Shown: positions 36,966-51,300 of the stretch, piece after piece | Numbering within the stretch: the stretch's first letter is position 1 | Layout: each line of letters starts with the position of its first letter | Assembly: GCA_043228905.1 (NCBI GenBank) | Contig: JBHGNT010000001.1 | Span: 7,378,001 to 7,442,000 of the forward strand | DNA: 64,000 bases | Direction: 5' to 3' | Source: Azolla caroliniana | Lineage: Eukaryota; Plantae; Polypodiophyta | Program-made: the position numbers and the translations under genes | The notes under the pieces: model-generated | What the model was told of the DNA's origin: nothing | Database searches by the model: none | What the model saw: only the letters and a program-made list of their open reading frames with translations

Positions 36966-39900
36966 GGAGCTCTGTCTGTGCCACAAAAGGATACTGCCAA
37001 ATCTCAGACGGAATTTTTAAAAACAATTTAAAATAATAGCCATAATAATTAGCAATAAAACAATTTTCGGTTTCCATGTTTGGGAAATTTACAAAAGTAG
37101 GCGCCCATTAAAAGAATTTTGAAGTAAGTTACTTCAAAAAAATTAGTGCTAATTTGTCCAATCGTTGGTTACTATATCAACCAATAATGAATGGATTGAT
37201 TGGTCAGGAACTCACTCCTTCCCTAATCTCTACGACGACTTCATTACTTTCTTAATAATATTAGTCTCTCCTTTGTTAAAGAATTCAATTAAATTCAATT
37301 ATGTAGTGGCGAGAAATGTCCTATTTTTTGTTCCTATTAAGGATTTGTCAAGGGACTCTTTCCCTAATATCTCTAGTCCAACCTAATTAATAACTTAATG
37401 TCTCCCTTTATGTATATCATCCAACCATGATATGTATATATAGTGTCTGATCCCCCCGCCCCTTGTACATATTAATTTCTGATCCATTCATGATATGTAT
37501 GTGTATATATGGGTGATATGTACATATGCGTGTGCATGCATGTGTATAATATTCGCTTTCTATGTGTCTTCATAGTTTGTTTATGATTAATTCTTTTTGG
37601 ATCCATCCATCATGTTCTTGTTATTTTCCCAACTACTCTATGCCAATCCTCTCCAGAGAGCAATTTTAATATGCTCTTCATGCACTTATATGGTCATGTA
37701 ATCTCATTATTTCTCGATCACATGTGTTATTTGAGCAATTGAATTGTTAATGCACTCCCCCCCCCCTTTATTTCTCTTTTTGGGATTGATCAAGGCCCCA
37801 AGGGCATTCAAGGAAATAACATTAAAAAAAACTCAAGGTATCATGGAGTTTTGCCCTTGAAAGTGATTCAAAGTCCAGTATATTTTACTTAGTTTTGCCA
37901 AAACAATCTTCTTAACCACAAGGATTTAAGTATAAAGTCTCCCGTACTCTAAATAAAAACACTCATTGGGTTATTCATTATTTGGCAAATGCATACTTTT
38001 GTTTTTTGTTATTTTTCAAAGAACTCTTCACTGAATCCCAACCCCCCACCAAAAATCAGCAATTGCTTGTGCTTATTCAATGATTATATGGTTCATTTTC
38101 TATAATTACATATTTTATTGATCAATTATAGATGGTTGATTCATCCCTTTTTCTCCTTTCCAATGGTTTGTTGATCAAGCCCAATTTGGGGAAATAATGA
38201 AAACTTAGGGCATAAATTTGGTCAAGTATTTGTGGGGTTTTTTCTTTTTCGTACGCTAGTCTCAATGTTAGAAAATCTAATGAAACCAAACTACTTGTTT
38301 TCTTTTATTCGAGCAAAGTTGTATTGCCGAATCTTCAAAAGATTAAATGTAACATTTGAAATGCCTCTTTGTTTATTTAGATCAAATCACAACTAGACTA
38401 ATGTAGATCAAAGACCGGATCTCATGCAGAATAATCGTGTATTTAACAATAATTAAAGGCCTCGTGTTCGTTAAACTAGCATAATGTGTGTTACATAGAA
38501 TTTATAAAACTTATGCGTCATGCTCTTCGATTTAAAAAATGTGGTAAGAATATGTATTCAGCCATTTATTTATATATGATTGTTTCGCCCCTATTTAAAT
38601 ATATTTACATTGCCACAATGTGCCAAAATTTTATTATCATGCAATCACAAAAATTACATAGTGCTCTATTATTGGTGTATCACTGGAATCTTATCAAGCG
38701 CAATAAACGAGAAGCGAACATTGAGTTTGTGGCAATATGTGTTTGAGGAGTCGATGCCCGAGGGCTTCACATCACTTGGCATACACTAGACAATGGATAC
38801 TTATAATTGGGAGAGATGGTGCAGTAACATTTAGACGACACCATCCACCATTACCACAATGGACCAAGGCACGCGATAATTAGGTTGTGCCAAGTGTCAC
38901 CCACTTCACCATTATGAACCAGCAGGCTTTAATAAACCCACCCTTGAAATTGAATATAGATTTAGGTATATCATAATACTATATTTCTTGTCATTGTTAC
39001 TATGGAATAAGAAGGCTTTGCATTCCATTTTGCAATCTCTTCAATATTTGTTGCAGAGATCACATGTGTTGAATGGAACCATCTAGCATATGGGCACCTA
39101 CCATCCCCCTTTGTGGATGCTTTTTATTAATCTCACCTTTGACTATGGGTGCACATTGCATTTATCCATTGCCCTTTCGTTAATTCCTCGTGTTTTATAT
39201 TTATATTTATATATTTATAATATGCAAACAATTTTGGTTTGTTGTCTTTCGAGTTCACTCTCGTTAACATTAGCAGTGTCACCCTTCTTTTTCCATAAAT
39301 TTGCCTTTATGTGCCCCATATTCCCATAGTACTTGTGCATATTATTTTAGTGGTTTTTCCATTTGTCTTGGAATTTAATCCCTTTGTCCTCTTCCATTTC
39401 CTTGGCACAATAGGTAATTTACATATTGTGGGTGCGAGAACTACCCTTTACCATTGTTTCACACACCAATTGGGTCCTCTCTCTTTACACTTTTCATGAC
39501 ACTATCTAACTTCAAGTCTAGTTTTTTGAACCAATATTCTTGTTTCTAACATCGATCATAAGTTAGAGAACAATGGTAGTGAATCATTGGCAACTCTTAG
39601 CAAACCAATTTGTTGTAATACTACAATAAAAAATATTTGCACCATCTCTTCTTAATAGTTGATTCTTGTATCAATTGAGGGGAGTGGGTTTACATGTTAA
39701 TCTTCAAAGTGAAAATATTCATAGAGTCATACTCTTCCACTACATATTGTTCAAACCAAAAGGAGTTATTGTGCATGCAACATTGTGTGGAAAGAACCCT
39801 TGTATAACTTGAAATGTTCTTGTAGCATAACAACATCACATTTTAAATTTGTTTATCTCAATAATAATGCAAACCAGTAAAATATCTAACTACCATCGTT

Positions 39901-40164
39901 GTCACGTTGATGAGAGAGGATTATTTGTAAAAACAAATCGTGTTGGTTGTAATCGATTATAGTATGCGGTGGTCACAAGTTGATATTGTGCTTAAAATGA
40001 CCACCAAGACCAATTAAAACAATTAGCACAGATTTTCCCCATGCTAATAAAATATAACTACATAATATTACATTGCTAGTGTACAAGTAGTCTTTTCCAA
40101 ATGTCATTTCAAATGATCATCAACTAAGTGATATGTTTTGCTATATTATTGTAAGTTTTATTTC

Positions 40165-41100
40165 TTATTTTTTCCAAAAAGAAAACTCCTTCCATTAGTT
40201 ATAAAATTTTACAAATGAGACGATTATGTACAAATCCTTGAAGGGACGCGATAGTTCCATCTTATGTGGATGCCCACTGACTCAAGAAAGGGAGAGGACG
40301 ACCATTGTTGGATGAAGGCTCTTCGTTGTCTTTCAACTCCCTCGGAGCCACCCTTAAGGCCATCATATTGGCTCTTCAGAGTGGCTACAATTTCACTCCA
40401 TATCTCTTGCAGTAACCTTGTTGGATGTGTGGTTTGGTTGGAGAAGACTCACCTACATCGTTGTTTCCATAAAATCCAAAGAGTTATTGGGCTGACCAAT
40501 TCCAACACCTCTTGAGATTTGTCATTAAGAGGAGTTATTGGTCAGAGATCCCTCCTCCTCGTGGCTTATCCATTTCTCCATTGTCTTCCTTTGAGTAGCA
40601 AATTCCCTAATCAGTAGAGTGTTAATGATTTCCAATCTCATAGTCTATCCGCCCTTGATTCCATGGAGTATGTTTGCCTGATCTTGTAGTGGCATCGACA
40701 TAAACCGTCGCCAACATTCTATACTTTTTCCTGGACCTTCTACGATGTATCCCCATGACAACCCCTTACGTGATCCCAGTAGTTGATTAGATTCATCCTT
40801 GATACATGGGTTCCATAGGATACGTTGACTGAGTTAGGCAAGTTCGGATCTCGGTTGATCACACTTGAGCCCTTGACGAATGTCACACCATGCCTTCCAC
40901 ATGGATGCACTGAATCTATCCTCCAATTGGCGGGAGAAACTAGGTTTGAGATCCATGTTTAGAATCCATCCCGTTTGGGGGCCCAATTGACCCCTTTTCT
41001 TGGCCTAAAGTAAGCAAGACATAACCTCGGTAGCATTTTCCAACAGTCATTTCCTAATTGGAGTCCTCGCACCACAAATTTGGCAAGTAAGGCTTTCGAT
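40165..41100 (-). mobile_element. LINE ORF2 3' fragment
   Basis: Minus-strand zf-RVT-like remnant W.APKR..F.TWI near 40950-41000. The T-rich end 'tttttccaaaaagaaaactccttccattagtt' resembles the sequence at ~9330. Confidence 0.5.
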
Positions 41101-42949
41101 TGTGAAAGGGGATCAATAAGACCCAATCCCCCTCTCGATTATTGTAAGTTTTACATTTTTATCCAAACACATAACAACAGATATAACCAAGCTAACCCCA
41201 ACCCTGGCATTTGTGCTCTTCCTCAATCCTTATTTGGGCACCAATCATATAACACAATGTTGGAAAACAAAGCAAATATGGATTTTTTCACAACATAACA
41301 TGGTGTTACGTGCTAAAATACAATGTCAAGTTTTACTTTACATATTATAAACCCTCCACCAATTCAAATCTACCAAACTATGACTTAAAGATTCATAAAT
41401 TTGGTTTATCAAAAGCTTTACATGCATAAAACACATGATATAGCAAGTGGTATTGCATCCTCAATACTATGAGTCAAATTTTTGTGCAAAGAGTTTGAAT
41501 TTGGTTTATTAAAAGTTTTATATGCATAAAAATCATGATATAGTAGGTGTTTTAGCACCTCAATGATACGAGATTGATTCTTGTGCAACAAGACGCCGTG
41601 ATTTGATTCCATGTACATTATCATTTTTCTTTTGCAAAATGGTTTTCCAAACTTACTTCCACAATGCAAGGGTTGATAAAAGATATTCATATTTCCGGCT
41701 TGACACCCTCTTTAAAAAATGGTTTTGCAATTTGACTTGTTGAGGTTGAAAAAGATTATCAACTTTGAAAAACTCATAATGTCTCAATCATCAATTTCTA
41801 AAGTTTCTTGCGCATCTCTCTTTCATGAATAAAATTTTGTGTCGTGTGAAGAGAGAGTAAAAAATAATATCACATGTATAGCTCATCGTCATTTGATAGT
41901 TTTCATCTATGACTGCAATTTCTCTATAGACACAATAGACTCGTCTATTTGTCAATGTTTTAAATTAAGATAAAAATGTCACATGGGCCTGTAATCAAGA
42001 AAGGGGTTTTGCCTCGCTCCCCATGGCATGAAAGGGTGCACTAGCTTTATACATGGAAGTATTGGAAGACGAGGCACATGCAATATTATAGTGCCAAAGA
42101 TACAAACTCATCAAGTCAAAGTTTCCTTCATTTTTCTAAATATAAGGCTGAGCTTTTGGTTAGGCTCTTAAATAGACCACCAAGACTAGTATAAGCTCTT
42201 GTTGCACGACTCATTGTGCGCCATAGGAAACTTATTCCATAACCTTGATCCTCCTAAATATCATGTCTCGTTCTCACACCTCTTTGTATATAATATTTAA
42301 GACCTTAACCAGGTCTTCACTTGTATCATCTTTACTAGCAATTAGTTTAGCCACACACGAAGCTTGACCTCGTTGTTGTTTGTGTTTTGTTTCATCATTA
42401 AAGCTTGAAAGTTTCTTAATACATCCAAGTTTGTCCAACATGCAACACCACTGCGTTGTATAGTAATTTTTCTTAATGAAAACAAGGCTCTATAATTTTG
42501 TTTTTTTTCTCGCCTCGATTTGTTTTTTTTCTTTAGTTAAATGGTTTTGTAGTATTTCACTTTATAGTGGAAGTACAATATTCTCTTTTTGCATACATAC
42601 ATTGTGGATATACCAATTTGTGTTCAAAAACAACTATCAAGGGGGAATATTTGTATATTATAACTTTGTCCACGTAGCAACGAGTATATCCCACCTTAGT
42701 ATATTTAGGTTCCGCAAACAGTTTGACATAATTTTATCAACGTGACTTAGATTAAGAGAATAAAGGAAATTTCTTTACATGTTTTATGTACCTTATTTTG
42801 TTCTCCCTTAAGACATCATGTTGTGTAGAGGATATAATTTACAGACTTAAATATTTGATCACAATATACAACACACATGTGTTCGTATGATGTATATTTG
42901 CTCCATTTCACATTATAGTGGTCGATATTCTACAATGTTATGAAAGCAT

Positions 42950-43165
42950 TGTTGGCTATAGATAATCTCCCTAAATATTATTAGGACTCTCTCTCTACAC
43001 ATACATGTTATTGTCGCAAACACAATTTGCACTCTCGAATGCAATGTTTATTGGTGAAATATTTGTTAGCGTTGGATAATCTCCCCAAATATTACCAAGA
43101 CTCTCTTTTTCTCTACACACACCTACACATTCTTCTTACAAACACAGTGTGCACTCTTGAAAGTT
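42950..43165. repeat. Direct duplication, ~115-bp unit x2
   Basis: 'gataatctccc.aaatatta...gactctct...ctacac...caaacaca.t.tgcactct.gaa' occurs twice. Confidence 0.7.
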
Positions 43166-43457
43166 GCTACTCAATTCCATGCACACTAGGTAAAAAATGA
43201 TTCACTCATGGTTCATCGAGTTCTATGTACACATTCACATAAAAGAACAATAATAAAATCTATCTTGCATGATGGACCAACCGGAGTCGTAAGCATAAGG
43301 CTATCAACATAAGTCGTCGATTCCCTAAAATATTGAATTATATATTTTTGAGTTTTTGTGGTCTGTGACTTGTCCAACTATATACCATGTAGGTGAAATT
43401 GAATTGTTGATCAACACATGGTATTGGGCTCAAATCTCTCATCGTTAGGCCATATAT

Positions 43458-44057
43458 TGTTGAGAATCAACCCGACCACAACTGGTTGATACGTATATGA
43501 ATGCGGGTGCAAAGATCGAGAATGACAATACGCAGACAAACAGAAATACCGAGACAAGATATTTTATGTGGGAAACCCGAAAGGGAAAGACCACGGGGGT
43601 CCACAAACCCCAAGAAAAAATTCACTATATATAGAGAGAGGAATACAAGGAGACTCGTAGGCACCAACCTCGAGCTCGTCTTCGTCTAACAAACGGCGGC
43701 AGAGTTGCAACTCTCACTCTCTCACACACACTCACTCAGTTATCGTGGCAACAACCAACTATATCATTTTCACAATGATCATCATATATTCTAAGTACTT
43801 GCCCTGTGTATATTTATACTCGTATACAAGTTGGGCTATTTACAAATATAGCCCACTAAGGGCACAATGAGGTTATTTACAATTATAGCCCCGAGTCGAC
43901 TTCGACCGATTCGATTCGAATTAGATTATTCGGCCATGACCGAATCGAAGAATCTGTTTGATTTTTTGGCCTCGACCAAGTTGTTGTCACCTATTCGGTT
44001 CTCCTTTTTCTTCAACTCATGCTCCTCTTCCCATCCTAAGGGACCTGTTACCTAACA
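43458..44057. mobile_element. Solo LTR (600 bp) with 5-bp target-site duplication
   Basis: Termini TGTTG...TAACA (TG...CA), flanked by TATAT at 43453-43457 and 44058-44062. It is CpG-richer than the flanks and has no internal domain. Confidence 0.85.
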
Positions 44058-44094
44058 TATATCGCATATATCACTTTGCCAACTAATATATGGG

Positions 44095-44410
44095 ATTGGT
44101 GGGTTCGAAACACAAATTTCTCACCTCTCTATTACTCCATAGATAGCCTCTTAATTTACTAGATGCCATCATGGAATGTAGGGGTTGAACCCATGACCTT
44201 TGTAGTCTCTGGTGGGCAACATTACCAACTAAGATACATCCATTAGGTTTCTCTCTATTTTTGTCTCTTCCTCTCAATTACTTTCCTTAGTGGTAAGTTG
44301 TTACATTGCTAGCATTATATATTGGGTTTGAAACCCAATTTCCTAACTTCTCTATATACATGATCTCCTAGTCTCCATTGGGCAACCTTAGTAATTGAGC
44401 TAGTTCTCTC
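44095..44410 (-). mobile_element. tRNA-derived SINE-like repeat (one near-full copy plus a partial second copy)
   Basis: Reverse complement 'agagagaaacctaatggatgtatcttagttggtaatgttgccca...ggtcatGGGTTCAACCCCtacattcc...ggcatc...aaattaagag...tatggagt' aligns by eye to 63138-63295. A- and B-box-like motifs are present. Confidence 0.6.
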
Positions 44411-47327
44411 TGTCTCTGTGTGTGTCTCACTCACACGCACACACATGTTGACTAGCGAATATGAAAGAAGGGCAAATGTTAGCAAATCAATTAATGAAAT
44501 CCCTCATTTTTCTTTTGCTCATATCTCCTTCTTGACAACTATTGATTTTCATTTGAAATTTTAGGTTAATCCCCTTGTTACATAAGTTAATGTATATAGT
44601 ATAATTAAGTAGAGTCCAACTTATTCATTTTCATAATTTATTTGCAGCTATTATTAATCAAATCCTCCTATTTTTAAGATTTAGAGAGAATTTATGGAGT
44701 GATGTGCTACTAAATTACTAATGAGATTAGAGAATTGCCTTTTCTTTACCACATGTAGTTTGGAAAACAAAAAAAACATATATTCTCTAATTCATGTGGC
44801 ATATGAGCATAGTTTGAACTTTGGTCATTCTCACTAGAAAATATTTTAGGAAAGCGTTATAATGAAAGGGATCACATTTACAAAAGTATTGCATAAACAA
44901 TCAACATTGTGTCACATTTTCGCCTTTCTCATGTATTAATTGGTTAGTTTGTACATTACCATCATTTATTTAATTCTCTCTACTTTCATAACAACACTTG
45001 TTAACCTGAAATGTGGGCCTAGCGAAATTCAGACCTTTTTTTAGTGTGCCAAGTTGAATGGCACAATTTGATGATCAACATTCACCATCTAACCTGGATC
45101 TCTTCAACGCGAAAGTAATCGGGGCACATTCCACAAAGTAAAATTTGAAGCGTTTTAGCTCTTATGATAGAAATTGCCATGAGACACAAATTCACACATA
45201 ATGTGTTCGTGATTAAATTTATGACAAAACTTAGGAAGGTAAACATAAGGCATGTAATGGTTGTAGTTCCTTGGAGAAAGCTTACTTAGAAATTGATTGT
45301 TGTAACTTGTGTCCATACCCATACCCTTTAATGATACTATTATATCTTAGCATTGACTTTTTTGAGACATTTCATTCAACTATTTATTTCCTTTCGATGA
45401 TATACTACAACATACCTATATGGGACATTACATCTTCAAAGTATACATGAGTACGACTAATCTCTCTCTTATTTTATTGTCTTGTTGGCCACGTGATCTA
45501 ATTTTTCAATTCCTCATGCAACTTCACAATCATGGAGGTGTGATAGTCTTAGAAGAGCGTTATACCAAATATTGAGATTTAACTTGTGATGCATTTTCAA
45601 GATGAGGCCCAATTCATGTTATGATGAGAGGGAACTTACACACATGAGCAAATATATAAGAAATGGTTGTTTCTTGCATATCATGGAAGAACCACAAATC
45701 CAAGTTGGTTTGAGAACAGAAATACAACCAATGTTGTAGTTTTGAGATAATCTAACTTGAAATTGGATAAGCTTTTTGTTATGACACAGTTATTGTGACA
45801 TAGTGGCTTGGCAATCAACATGACTATGGCTAAATTCTTAGTGTTGCCCATTGTCAAATATAAAGTCATTAGGTAACCATGTGCTAAGAAGACAAGGTAA
45901 TCATAAGTGGTCCATAGTTTCATTCAAACCTGGAATTGATATACCTATACAACATCCTTGATACATATTTTAAAATGTGAGAATGGAAGCTAACATAACT
46001 CAAAGATGTAAAATTAAAGCAACAATATTTTATGCATCATGCATGTGTGGCACATAGATGGAGTATTTCAACAACTTCATGGAAATGAAATGAAGAATCA
46101 TACAAAATAGATTTAGGCACCACAATTTAGGAGTTAAGAAAATGACCCCATGTTTCTATTTCTTCTATAACGTGGAGGAAGAAGAACAAATATTTAATAC
46201 TATCAAAGTTTAAAAGTACATAATGAAAATAAGAACAATGGTGTGCAATCGGCTCCCAAACCACGAGGGAAGTTTACCACAAAAAAACTACAAAAACAAA
46301 TATCGTACTTTCAATTAAGCCCAAAACATTTTTAAATGGACTCTAAGGTTCCATGTAGAGGACAAAGGAAGGAAAATGAGAATGTGAGTTCATTATTCAT
46401 ATTACACTCGATCACATTGGAAACTTTATGCATTTGGGAATCATGGGACATTGCCCAAGTTCACATATCTACATCCACACTCAAAAGGGAGAGATAGGGC
46501 ATCACATTGACGTGCATGCACACACATGTTGGAAATAGAAATTGAGGGTTGCTTTGATTTTAGACAAAGCAAGAGGATATGTAACTTACGTTGCCTCGAT
46601 GTATCAAAAACATTAGATCGTGTCTCTTTGGAATCCCTCAGATTGGGGACTCTAGAAATGAACTCATAAAAGGTTATATAAGCTTGCAAGAACTCATGAT
46701 GATGATAGAACCATCTTCACATGACACTATGCATGCTCTTTTATAGACCACAAAACCCAAAAAACAACAAAATCTAGCAACTACATTGGTTTTGCATTAT
46801 AACTTTTACATTATCTTATTATTCTACTATTTTAAAATCCCCACCCAATGATTAAGGAGTGCATTGTAGGGATTCCCATGGCCATGTTGTCCACCCGAGG
46901 AACGTTATATTTATCATCATCATCCCCTTGGTCTAAGGTCAACCTTGCTTTCATATATCATGTTTTTTAAGGGTTGAACATGCCTCCTAGGGTTCTATAT
47001 ATGATTTCTAATGTTCAATTTCCTACTCACATCATACTAATTTACAAGATGCTTAGAATTGAATTTGAGGTTGTCTCTAGGTCCAAACAACCAAGCCGAA
47101 GAGCTAGCTAGATATTAACGCCATAAGGACAAATAATGCCTACCTTAGAATGACATAGATGAAATATGACAAGTTTGGAGTACATATACCATATGTATTG
47201 AATGGATCACTTAGATATACTATTGCAATTTCTTACATAAAGGTTCATTTGCTCGATATGAAAGGATATATATTAATGCATGCATGTACCATTTTGCTCA
47301 TATGCCTTATTGTTCAATATGGGTTTT

Positions 47328-47333
<6 letters not shown>

Positions 47334-47365
<32 letters not shown>
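47334..47365. repeat. (CT)n microsatellite
   Basis: Direct reading of the sequence. Confidence 0.95.
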
Positions 47366-47367
<2 letters not shown>

Positions 47368-47397
47368 GTGTGCATGTGTCCCTCTCAAAAACTCGAC

Positions 47398-47820
47398 ACA
47401 ACATTTGCATCGGAACTGTCTTTTGAATCTTTCTAGTTATATATATGTACGCGAGAGAGAAAAAGAGAGTGTGTCAATACTCAAAAAGAGCCAGAGTTTG
47501 GTGTGAATAACAAGCACATGGAGTATCAAAAACCACTTTATAATTTCAACATTGAGCATAAAGACAAATGCAACAAGCTTAAGATGTATTTAGAACAAAT
47601 ATCAAAAACATGACACCAACATTGGCATTGGAATTGTCTTTTGGCTCTTCCTACTTATATATATGTATGCGAGAGAGAAAAAGAGTTACAAGTGTGTCAA
47701 TGCTTGAAAAAGAACCGTGGGCTCGGTGTGAATAGCATGGAGTATCAAAAACCACTTCATAATTTCGACATCGAGCATAAAGACATGTGCAACAAGTTTA
47801 AGATGTTTTTAGAACAAATA
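47398..47820. repeat. Tandem duplication, ~220-bp unit x2, upstream of the DUF936 gene
   Basis: 'tatatatgta.gcgagagagaaaaagag...gtgtgtcaat...catggagtatcaaaaaccactt.ataatttc.acat.gagcataaagaca...tttagaacaaata' occurs twice. Confidence 0.85.
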
Positions 47821-48399
47821 CCGATGTACACGTTTAGAGAAAAAGAAAAGAAAATCTCCGACCGTTTCATTACGTTTAAATCACGTCTTCCTTTTCATAA
47901 GACAACAAATCAACTACGAAACCAATGATTGAAAAGGGTTAAAGCAAAGACATGTTTCAATGAGGAATTAACTTCTCCTCTTTCTTTTTTTGTAAGTCCC
48001 CTTCCTTTTTCCCCTAAAAGTCCCAACAAACAAAAAAATGAAAAGCAAAAAGTGTGATCCTAAATTTCAACTAAACAAGCTTCCCTTTTTTGACCAATGA
48101 CCCCCCCAAACTAACAAACTCCCTTTTTTTCCTTCTCCCTCCTGCAATCAAATCTCACCTCTTCTCCTTCAATGTCTCATGGTGATGATTTCATGATTTC
48201 ATGATCTCAATCTCTTCTTCCATCTCCATCTCCATCTCCTTCTTCTTCTTCCTTTCTCATCCAGCCAATGAAAGACTTGCCATCCATTGATCTTTAAAGC
48301 CTTCTTCTTAATCCATCACCTAGAAATGGTTTCAATTCTGACATTCTTAATTGATCCTTTGCCTCCTCCCTCTTGCCGATCATAAAATTAAGCGCATCG

Positions 48400-51300
48400 A
48401 TGGCGAACTTGACACCCGGAGTTCTCCTCAAGCTCCTCCAACACACGAATCCGGACGTAAAAGCTGCCGCAGGGGAACATCCCTCAGCTTTATTACAAGT
48501 GATCAGCATTGTACCTGCCCTTGCTGGAGATGATCTATGGCCTAATCAAGGTTTCTACCTCAAGCTCTCCGACTCATCTCACGCGGCTTTCGTATCTCTT
48601 GCCGATGAGCACAATGACCTGATTTTGGGAGATAAGCTGCAATTAGGGCAATTCATTCAAGTGGATAAACTTGAAGCAGGGCATCCCCTGCCAATTTTGA
48701 GGGCGGGAAGACCCATTCCAGGAAGGCGTCCTTGCATCGGCACTCCTCAAGACATCTTTAGCACGGCTCTCCCGTCACTGCATACTCAGGAGAACACGAA
48801 ATCACCATCACTCGTATCATATTTGTCACCGCCATTGACATCACATCTATCCCCAAAGTCATCACATCTGTCACCGATGTCATCAAATCCATCAACATTG
48901 ATGACATCACATCAATCCCCGATGTCATCACATCAATCCCCGATGACATCACAACCATCCCCGATGATGACATCGCATCGATCCCCAATGACATTACAAC
49001 CATCCCCAATGATGACATCACATCGATCCCCAATGACATCACAACCATCCCCAATGACATCACATCGATCCCCGATGACATCATGCCCAAGGCCACCGCC
49101 GTTGTCTCTTGATCCCATCACGGCAAGGGAAATCGGCCTGCCAAAAATCAAGCCAAAACGTGGGCTCCCTGATGATGATTCAATTTCCCTAGATGATGAA
49201 GTCAACTCTGATGGTGGAAGCACTTCCACCAATCTAGATCCCAAAACCAGTCTTATACAGCACAGAAAACCTTATTCCACTCATTCCAATGATGGCAGCC
49301 ACAAGGGTTTGATATCAACATCAGCATCAAATTCGAAGTTGACATTCTCTCCATCAAAGCTGTCATCGTCATCATCAGTATCATCAACACCAAAGCCATC
49401 ATTCTCACCATTACCATTAAATCTCACATCATCACAATCAACATTGACATCCAAACAACCATTATTAAGATGTGAGGTTTCATCACCAACATCAGAGTTG
49501 CCATTGAGATCAAAGAAGACATTACCGCCGCCGCCGTCAAAACAAACAAAATCAACATTTGAGGAGCATGGAATCCTCTCCAAGTCTGCTGATAGAGGAA
49601 GAACTAGTTCTCCATTGGCCAAATCCTCTTCATCACGTAAGGCAGTAGTTAATTCCCGGGTTGCTTGCCCAGCCGAGAGAACAGTCCCATACAAGGGAGT
49701 GCCTACCTCTCCAACCATTCACCACACATTTACAAGCTTACGTGAAAAGAAGAAGAGTGTTGTTGGGAATGATCCAGCTCGTGGATCCCGAGACGGAAAC
49801 TTGCTTTCGAAAGCCCTACGAAAAAGCTGGGATGACACAGGAAAAGATTCCAAAGAACAATCAACCCTTAAAAATTCCACCAATAAGGACAGCACAATCC
49901 ATGTTCGTACTTTTTTTCATGTCTATACTCTTGCTTTTGCTGTTTTGAAAGTTCAGGTTCGATTGATTGCAGAATGCCAACCTTCAGCATATATGTGTGC
50001 CAAACCAAATTTCATGATTGTACTCTCCTAATCACATCACTAAAGTGATTGGATCAATAAAATGACATGTTCCAAATCATATCATGACTAGCGCCAGCTA
50101 GCTTGTATATTAGATCAGTGTGTACATAAAACATAACCTGTACACTCCTAATATGCAGGTGATTCATATAGTGAAGAGAGTGTAGATTGGCTGAATAATT
50201 TTTGAAGGGCGTCAAAAGGATAGCTACTACCACTTTATATCCAAATAAACTAGATATTCAGAATGGAGAGAGTGTGGATTGGCTGAATAATTTTGAAGGG
50301 TTGCACAAGGGTAGCTACCACCACTTTGTATGCAAATAAACTATATATCCATGTCTGTATATGTTGCTGTTCAAATGTTGATCAATACCCTTCATTAACC
50401 CCTAATGATGAATTTGTGTATATGCTCATAACACAGCTTGGGTTGTGCATGCCATTATCTCTGTGAGGCGTTCTGGTATTGGTTGCAAAAGAGTGTTGTG
50501 TGCATTTTCCTGCATGATCGTTGCATATTTTGTCAATAAACACGTCAAGATGGCTCCTACACTAGCATTAGTTTTTTCATCAATTTAACGGATCCAAATG
50601 TAAGACTTACAATGGCCCTTACTAAACATAATTGGTTTTATGTCAAACTTGGATTCAAATCTTATGTTTGTTTCATGGTTTAGTATGAAGACATGTTAAT
50701 ATTGGTAAGATTATCAGGTTTCAGTTCCAAAGACAAGAGCTTCCAACAATCAGAACATCAAACAAGATGCTACAGTGGCTTCCAAAGAAGCAATAGAAGC
50801 AAAAACCCCAAAAATCAGAAGTAACACTCAAAAGTCTAGAGAACCCAACCCTATTGCAGTTTCAAAAGAAGGATCAGTAAAGCCCCTTAAATTACGAGGT
50901 AATGACAGAAAAACTGCTATTGCAGCTTCAAAAGAAGGGGAAACAAAACTGGGCATGAATGGTCCATCCAGGGTCACAACTACTGAAAAGCGAGATGCTG
51001 AAATTCCAGAAACTTTAATCAAGGCTCCAGTTTATAATAAACGATTAACTGATGGGAGTATTCAGTGGGACTGCCTTCCATCAGATCTAGTCACACTTGG
51101 AAATGTAAGATCTCACTTATGATGCAATCAATGTCCAGCTAGTTTTCTTAGAGGAAAAAATGAAATGTGCACTTTATTCAACTTTCAGGAGGTTATGCAC
51201 AAGAGAAATGCAGCCTCATTAGCTGCTGAAGAGGCATTGAAGGAAGCATCTGCAGCTGAAACTGTTCTTAGAAGCTTGAGGTATTAGTATACACATCAAA

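Noticed and set aside
48373-50031. ORF-track limits for DUF936 exon 1
   Set aside because: The track starts at a TTG and reads into the intron. The conserved start is ATG 48400 and the donor follows 49902.
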